Positions 55,896 to 64,000 of a DNA stretch of 64,000 nucleotides are shown in pieces. The position numbers and the translations under genes are program-made. The first letter of the stretch is position 1. Each line of letters opens with the position of its first letter. The notes below the pieces were generated by a model. It was not told the origin of the DNA. It saw only the letters and a program-made list of their open reading frames with translations, and did not search any database. This DNA is from Bigelowiella natans CCMP2755 (taxonomy: Eukaryota > Protista > Cercozoa): assembly GCA_000320545.1 (NCBI GenBank), contig ADNK01001328.1, positions 26,875 to 90,874 on the forward strand, given 5' to 3'.

Positions 55896-57007
55896 TTATT
55901 TGACGTACTGCGACCCGATTATATTTACCTGTTGGTAGTTAACGATGTCGGTTGACTCATCTGGAAGGAATTTCTTGCAGTTCTCCTGAAACTTCTCCCT
56001 TGAGCTAGGCAAGTAATATAACACGTAAATTCCACACAAAAGTGCTTGTATTACGTAACTCTGTACTTGGCTCAATATCCAACTCCTCACAAAGGCTTCC
56101 CCAGCCTGGACGGCGAAGATAATACCCAAGATGATCCACAATAGTGAGCCACAACCAAGCGCCATCATGATCAACAACCCGAAAGTTTCTCCAACAGAAT
56201 ACATGGTATCATTAGCGATGCAACATGAACACTCCATCAAATAACTGTGAAAAAAGATAATCATATTTAGGTCGGGAGTGATGCACCGTTACAAAAATTG
56301 AAGTTACAAGACGAATGGGCCTCACCGCATTATCATGTTGTATGGAACTGTGAGCAACGCCACGAAGAACGCACTGAGAGCCCAGTGCGTATCGATGTTT
56401 GCGAACAACGCCGAGAGAAAGAACAACCAAGTGATAGAGTTGAAGACGAATAAGAGACGTTCCCTTCGACTGAAAGGGTGGACGGGGTTAGCGTAGCGGA
56501 GGCTAAGGAGCGTATGCTCTTGGGAAAGAAAGGCCCAGAAGTTGCTCATGAAAGTGCCATCGGTGCCCGGGTACCCATAATACTAATGAGAGAGCGATAA
56601 TCATCAGGCGAAACTATCTAGATCTCGACTCTCAGCAAATATGTGTTTCAGGGACATGTGCACATGTGAGTACAAGTGATGAAAACAATGGAATGGTATC
56701 TATGACGGATGCCTACCGGTCCATTCGCGAGAAACTTTCTGAATTCCTTGATGAATTCGCTTTGGTCTCCAGAAGGAATTTCAGACGCAGATTTGGAAGT
56801 GTTGTCTGCTGCTTGAATTGAAGTCGTCTCGGCGGCTCCAGATGCTGTTGACGAAGCCATGACCACGCTGCCTGCACAAGCAGGAGACGTCTGGGACTGG
56901 ACGACCACGCCTGACAATGCTTTAGACTTTTCGTCCGACACAACGATGGCTGCATTCGTGACTGGCATGTTGCTCATCTCCATGTTGTCCGAATCTGGCT
57001 GCTTCAT
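55896..57007 (-). CDS. Multi-pass membrane protein of unknown function with polycystin-like H..LS...PFSR.ER motif
   Basis: Three exons (ORFs 56648-57094, 56322-56549, 55896-56264); about 4-5 hydrophobic segments; EHTLLSLRYANPVHPFSRRERLLFVF. Confidence 0.6.
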
Positions 57008-57964
57008 TTTTTGGGATGTGCGGAGGGCGGTAGTGAAGACTTTCCTTTCTGCGCTCTCCGTCACTAAGCTGGCCCTAGCGCGACGATTATGCAATCTTGC
57101 TGAAGAGGGTTGTCGCTCATGCAGATTTGCATGTGATCCATCACAATTTAAAGCGCTTTAATTTTTTTTTGCGGTTAAAAGAGAGCTAAAAACCAAACAG
57201 TAAAACCGAAAATTGAGAAATGCAGACGTTTAGTCGCGAAAATGACAAGAAACGACCCGAAATGACCTGAAATGGCTACATTTATCCTATGTCGGCATCG
57301 AATTGGTTTTGCGTCTCTTCGGAGTTAGCTGTTCTTCGGTATACTCAAAAGTGCGTGCCGGAAAATTTAATATGCGAAAAATGGAGAAACGCAGTCCTTT
57401 TCCGTTGAATGGTCCGAAAATCAGGAAATGGTCACAATTTGATGCTAAATGACTCTGATTCACCTGATTGCGGCTCAAGAAGAATGCACCTAAATAAATC
57501 AGAAACATCTAGTTTCTAAGGTGATCGAGGAGAATGGGAGTTTTAGCAGTTGCGGACTAGATGATCCGTTGCAAGAGGAAGATCCAAGGTCATTTTCATT
57601 GCCGATTATGAATTTGGCGACAACTGTCAATCTACATTCTGTTTTGATCTCTGCACATGGAGCATCGAAAACGCACCGGTTTTGTAAGTTTTGTGACCAA
57701 TAAATATTTGCTGAAATGGTCCGTGCCACTATAAAATGGCTCTTCTTCTCATTTCATGTCGCCATCGTTGAGGATGTCTGAAGATATTTTAATTTTCTTC
57801 AGAATCAAATCAGCATCATCGAAGACTTTTTGCTTTCGCATTTGGGTACACCGGCTAGAGTTTTTCACTAGTAGACCTTGTCGTAGGCCAACTTGCATCT
57901 TTCTTCGTGGCCTTTCACTTCTTAATCAAACTGCTTAGTATAAAGTAGACCCTCCACATTGCGC

Positions 57965-58024
57965 CACAACTCAACAAGCCGCATCACAACTCAACAAGCC
58001 GCATCACAACTCAACAAACCTCAT
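57965..58024 (+). repeat. Three tandem copies of a 20-bp unit CACAACTCAACAAGCCGCAT just upstream of the Hint gene ATG
   Basis: Two exact copies and a third with 2 mismatches, ending 6 nt before ATG 58031. Confidence 0.9.
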
Positions 58025-58030
58025 CCTAAG

Positions 58031-59623
58031 ATGAAAGACCTCAAGTTCTCCGCCGCATTTCTTCTTGCCTTTATCCTCACTGTTCGAGCCAGTCGTATTC
58101 CCCGGGACAAGGCTCACGTAAGAGGATAAAACATTAACTATGACCTTATCTTCGTACCACAGTTTTAGCCTAGCCTACGTTGCAAAGCCCATTCTATATT
58201 CTCATTGCAATATTTTCTTTGACAGGAATCTGTTATGAAGCTAAAGAAAGCATATGCCAAGAAAAATGCACCAGCAGATACAGTTTCAGATTCAGTTTCC
58301 TTGCAAGCTACTGTCGTCAACGGGCTTTACACAGTCTGCAATTATCAGTACGGCGGGACGACTACGTATGCTAGTTTTTCAACCTATTCTGGATCGCGAG
58401 ATTACTATGGCCCAATCGCACTCAACAGCTGCAGACAGATCCCTTTTAACGATACCGATAACACTTACCTAACTGCTTCTCAAGACATGGCAGGATCAAC
58501 CATTACTATTGATAGGGACTCTCTTTCGTCAAGTAGTTTTTGCTCTTCTAACTTCGATTTGAATCTGGCAGTTTTGACACCCGGTAGCATTGGGTTTCGA
58601 GCAAATGCCATCTCTGATTCTCCTACTTGTTCGCTCGCGTCGGGCACGGATGGCCGCATAACAGTCGGGCATGCAGGCGAATATACCACTGCAGTGGTTT
58701 ATTATTCCAGCCCTTCTACAAGCGACTCATTGCCAGATGGAAACGTCTTATTGTACCCTGGAACAAGCACTGCATCTTGGGATATGGCTGCGGGAACATA
58801 CTACAGCTTTCTCAATTACAAGCATGATAACACAGAGACTTGCAGGAAATGTACATGGACTATTGCCAGTGGGTCTGGGGCATCCGCTTACGCGTTCATG
58901 TACCAGACAGGTGCTTTTACTGGCGAGGCAGGTACGACTGTCCAAGGATCTGGGATGACTGTAACTTGCGTATCTACGAATGACTGTGTTGACTACTTCA
59001 GCGGGAGTGACAACAACAACAACGTTTGTTTCCATGGGGATGAACTTGTGCACCTCGCTTCCGGAAAAGACCTTCCCATTAAGGATTTGAAGTTGGGAGA
59101 TGAGATTAAGGTTGCTGCACAAGACGGTACCTTTTCCTTTTCTAAGGTCGTATTTCTTCCGCACAAGAGGAACTTGCAGCAAGCAAAATTCATAAGCTTG
59201 GAAACTCTGTCGAAGCACCACCTAAAAGTGACACCGGAGCATCTGCTTCCTGTATTCGATGGATGTCGAGAAGATGTACACAGCTCGATGAAGAAGGCAA
59301 GGGATGTGATGTTAGGCGATTGCCTCTTGACTTCTCAAGGGAAGAGCAAAGTGGTCGGTGTTGAGTTGGTCGAAGGATATGGAATTTACACTGCAGTTGC
59401 AAAGCATCCTGATGGTCAGATTGTGGTCAACGGCATTGTGGCATCATCTTTTGGGACTGTACATACGATTACCAATTGGTACTATCACATTCATCGAGCT
59501 TTGGACACCATTTTCCCCGAGTGGAAATTGGATTCCAATGTGATGACCGCAGGCAATCAGTACATCGGTGGAGTTGCATTGGGTTTCCTCTCACTGTTAC
59601 ACCCTTTTCTGCCAAAGTATTAA
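58031..59623 (+). CDS. Secreted Hint (Hog) domain autoprocessing protein
   Basis: Exon 1 (58031-58117) encodes signal peptide MKDLKFSAAFLLAFILTVRA; phase-0 intron 58118-58225. C-terminal Hint: V|CFHGDELVHL, IKDLKLGDEI, LKVTPEHLL, GIYTAV...GQIVVNGIVASSF, then an SRR-like HTITNWYYHIHRAL and a hydrophobic tail. Confidence 0.92.
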
Positions 59624-60559
59624 AAGCAGCAATCATTGACCTTGCACATGTTACTAGCACAGGTCACAAATGAGGTCACCAAAAATGCCACAAAAGTGCA
59701 TCTAATTTGACTAAAATCCGAGTTGAAGTGTGGATGCCAACTAAAATGGCAATGAAATCGAAATGAACCATTGCATCAACTCAAATGGCATTTGCAACAC
59801 ACCAAATACAATTTTGCATGCATGTTTCGATGACATTCTCACGTCCAATTTTGGTTTCACATGCACATCTCAGCAGACTTCGGATCAATATTTTTTTTCA
59901 TTAACATGCTAGCATGCAATGAATGCCACAATGAATCTTGATGGATGTTGCTCCTGTCTAGCTAGCTAGCTAGTCTGGTACGTAGTGACTGATACACAGC
60001 TCTTTGGCATGCAGACTGCGCACCCTCGTTTTGATGCACTAGTCTAGCTAGCTAGCTAGTAGTGCAGCCGAGTCACAACTAGCTAGCTAGACCAAGCTAG
60101 CAAGCGCTAGAGCGTCTAGAACGTAGCCGCGCGCGACGTCACTCACTTGTTCTACTCGTCTCGGCGTCTAATCATTCTACACGTGCTACTTGCAGGAGCA
60201 TTGCAATGCAATAAATGCAAGTATATTTTCATCATCTAGTCATTGTTGATGCAACGATGGGAGCAAGCTTCATGTCTAGATGTATGTGACAGAGCATTTT
60301 TACATCGGTCAGAATAAACTTCAGCATGAGGCGCACCGAATCTATATCGTTTGCCAAGAAGTACTATATTGAGAAAGTGTACAATGTATACATCATATAT
60401 TATACATACAGTGAACACTGCGTCTATTGTAAGTAGACGCTTAGTCAACCGTCGTTGATTTAATCATTAATCGGTACAATGGTCCGACGAAAACCGATGT
60501 AACATCTTTCGAATGGTTCACGATTTGTTCATGTAAATAGGGATGCACTCACACATTAT

Positions 60560-60669
60560 GTGAGTTCATGCCAGATCGACATCGCAATTGCAGCTAGAAA
60601 ACTGAGAGGAATCTGAGAAGATCCCACATGCCTAATGGTTATATATTCCAAGAATGATGCAACTAATGA

Positions 60670-60716
<47 letters not shown>

Positions 60717-60958
60717 GCAAGCTGGTACATACCTGAAAAGGGCCATAGCCTCCGATGTCGTCATTTGCAATGAATATATTGTACCGATAAAAGGTTTCGT
60801 GAGCTATATATCATTGAAGAAAGATTCAAAATCAGCCATACCACATCATCGAAGGCTTTGTAACTTCTAATACTTTTCCTAGAACCAACATTCTCATGCA
60901 AGTATTGCATTATTCACCACTATTACCATCACCATCCTCATCCTCATCATCATCGTTT

Positions 60959-60994
<36 letters not shown>

Positions 60995-61144
60995 GCATTA
61001 TCAACAGCACTTACATGATCGAAAAAAAATCTTGAGTTAAATGCGGCCATGATGGTTCCGATCCAAACGTTTGGGTTAGGGAATAACGCTAGATCGCTAA
61101 CTCACACACACCAACAAGTTTTGTAATAGTTGCGAAAAAGTTAC

Positions 61145-61223
<79 letters not shown>

Positions 61224-62875
61224 TCCTAATCAGATTACAACTGAGTTTTGTCACTTTGAGGAAACGTGTAACATTAATACATCCATGATCCAAGTGTGTG
61301 AACAAAAAGAATAGAATTTTTGAGATTGTCTCACGATCATCCATCACCATTAGTGAATACCTTTCGAGAAAGACACCGTAAGAGACCGCAATGACCAATC
61401 TTTCAAATATGATAATACTTTTTAGGGACATCACATAACGTATAGCGGAGGAGGGGGAAGAACGACTTTCTTAGCGATAATTGTGCGTCGTGTGAATGAT
61501 GAGTAGTTGTTCCCTCTCACCCAGCATGTTGGAGAAAGTATTTATAGGGTTCGGATGCAATATAATCGGAAATAGCTACAGCTCCCCAGTTGACTGAGCA
61601 TCCTGTCCATATCTGTTATCCACACAAAGTATTCATCACCATCAATCACAACAAAATAACAACAATACCAACAACAATCACAGCAAAAAAAACACGCATT
61701 CTCATCATTGCCGCTCGCTGCCTCTCTCAATCAGCCTCGAGCATGCATCAGGAGCAGCAGCCCTTGTTGATCATCGTATGGTATACAATCCCTGCGTGGT
61801 ATTATTTATCACCGTAGAAAGAAGCACACCTCGGCTTCCCAAGGGCTGTTCAATAGAGTTAATTTCGTGGTGATGATGATTCAAAGAAATTAAGTTGTAT
61901 AGCTTGTTCCTTTCCTCTCTCCCCGCTCCCCCCCCCCCTCTCTTCCTATCTTCTTTAAAGGATGAGACACTACTGCACATAAGGTATTTTGTCATGAGCA
62001 GCCACCAAACGACGACCGACGATGACTACTGAAAATTATAGCCAACCGAAGGATTTCTGTCATTGAGACGCCTCCCGTCAGTTGATTGCTCGATACGGAA
62101 TAGAAACGTAACTACAATTAGACACCTGAAGGTGAAAGGAATAATAACAATAAGAAGAAGAAGAAGAAGAGGAAGAGACACGATGAAGCAACATCCACCA
62201 ACTTAGCGAAAGGCAAGTAGCAAAAGCACGCTGGTTGACGAATACATAGGGAAAGGGTAAATTGCCCCAAAGACATCTGCCTTGGGGTTGATAAATGGAG
62301 AATCTGTTACTGTTTTCTATACTCTCTCTTTTTCTCTTCTCTCCTGTTCCCTCCTACTCCTCCTCCTCTTCTTGTTCTTGTTCTTGTTCTCACCCTGCAG
62401 CAAGGAGATGCAAGCTCCACCATAAAATCTCCGTCCAGGGCTCTGGCGTGTTCGAAATCCTATGGAATAATCGCGAAAAATACCGTTATTGAAATCATCT
62501 TTATTGCCCGTTCGCAGCGGTTTCTTTCTTTATTTCATGTGGGAGTGGTACAAATAGCTTTCTGCTGTATAGCATGGTCTAAAAGTAATCACACCGAATG
62601 CGAAAGGACTTGCACACGCACACACGCACGCACGCACACACACACACACACACACATTCATTCACCATGTTACTGCCGATCCTATCGACAGCGTCAGAGA
62701 GGCTGTTATCTTCTCCACTGCTCTATAATTGAGTCCGCGGGTTTGGGGGTGGGTTGCCGATATATAGAGACCAAGCATACCAAATGCTACTGTGGCGTAA
62801 GCCTACCAGCAGCAGCAGCAGCAGCATGCATTCATTCAATTCATATCATTAAAGAACAATATATACACCAACATA

Positions 62876-62910
<35 letters not shown>

Positions 62911-62911
62911 T

Positions 62912-62948
<37 letters not shown>

Positions 62949-63245
62949 TTATGTAAATTATTATTATTTGAATTGAGGGATATGTGTGATTTGAGGGTGT
63001 GAGAAAGTGTGGTGTGGGGTGGGGTGGGGAGAGAGGATTACGCATGGGGAGAAGCAAAGAATGATGATAGAAATTGACACATTTTGTATCTGACCGAATA
63101 ATGAGTTTCGTGCATGTACGAGGAGAATCTTGAGAATAGCAAACGGCGCACAGAATCACAGCATCATCTATCTATCCTCAGGAAGGAGTAATAGGAGACT
63201 CATTGCTCCAACAGAAAAATTACCCCACAGTAGCAGTGGCAGCAG

Positions 63246-63322
<77 letters not shown>

Positions 63323-63610
63323 TATATGAGTGTATAATTATTATCATTATTCTAAAGAAAAACAAAGGATGCTTTGCCTCTCCCTCCCCCATGCCGTGCT
63401 GTTTTCTGTCTTTGCTGCTGGTGATGATTCTTACGTACAAGCCAATGAAAGCTAAAGAGAAGGAAAAGCTGCAGATAAAGAGGAGTATATTCCATGTTCC
63501 TTCCCACAGGTCTTATGTTAAGAACAACAACAACAACAACAATTGCAGGCAATTATTGACATAACAAACACACACATACGCACACACACACAAAGAGAGC
63601 ATGAGAGAGA

Positions 63611-63653
<43 letters not shown>

Positions 63654-64000
63654 CAAATATTTTCACTTTGGAGGGATTTGAGAACCAATACCAGACTTAC
63701 GGAAAATGTATATTTTTTCCTTTTCTTCTTCTTTTTCTTCTATTTTGTTATTGTTGTTGTTGTTGGCATGAGTAGTACCAAAGTTGCGTCTTGTATTTGC
63801 AACTGTAAGATGGGTGTAAGCTACCACCTCAACCTGCAGGACTGCATAAAACAAGCAAGTGCACGTAAGTATTCGTCATCACCATCATTATCATCATCAT
63901 ACTGGCAGATATTCTTCTCACGTGATTATACAATAATACGATACAAACGCAGTAGCTGAGACAGACAGAGAGAAAGAGAGAAAGAGAGAGAGAGAGAGAG
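60560..64000 (-). CDS. Unidentified multi-exon gene, 5' part beyond window end
   Basis: Short AG/GT-bounded open segments between microsatellite introns, e.g. DLWEGTWNILLYLQLFLLFSFHWL, DFEHARALDGDFMVELASPCC, DLALFPNPNVWIGTIMAAFNSRFFFDH and AHETFYRYNIFIANDDIGGYGPFQ. No family recognised; boundaries are rough. Confidence 0.35.

Noticed and set aside
57965-58024. CRISPR-like repeat
   Set aside because: Head-to-tail tandem with no spacers, in a eukaryotic context.
59024-59460. Protein-splicing intein
   Set aside because: Ends in ASSF rather than HN-C/S/T and is followed by an SRR-like tail, so it is a Hog-type Hint domain, not an intein.

Overview
Intron-rich eukaryotic nuclear DNA with GT-AG introns and dense microsatellites. 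The style suggests a protist such as a chlorarachniophyte/rhizarian; this is inference only. About 17 protein-coding genes were reconstructed by eye from exon fragments: PhyH-HEAT dioxygenase, THOC6, an SMN homolog carrying an SH3 domain, SDR, a Ras-like GTPase fusion, KDM4-type JmjN/JmjC with a SAM tail, Qb-SNARE, an acidic repeat protein, MFS sugar porter, GDPD, CobW/COG0523 GTPase, Rsa3-like, RPB2, PRP38B-like, a polycystin-like membrane protein, a secreted Hint(Hog) protein and an unidentified gene cut by the window end. Genes alternate strand almost perfectly. The most striking non-coding signal is a 955-bp non-autonomous DNA transposon (45-bp TIRs, 8-bp TSD) that is almost devoid of TpA except within CTAG. 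Several intergenic tracts show the same bias more weakly, suggesting a RIP-like TpA-targeted mutational process. Gene boundaries for multi-exon genes are manual estimates.
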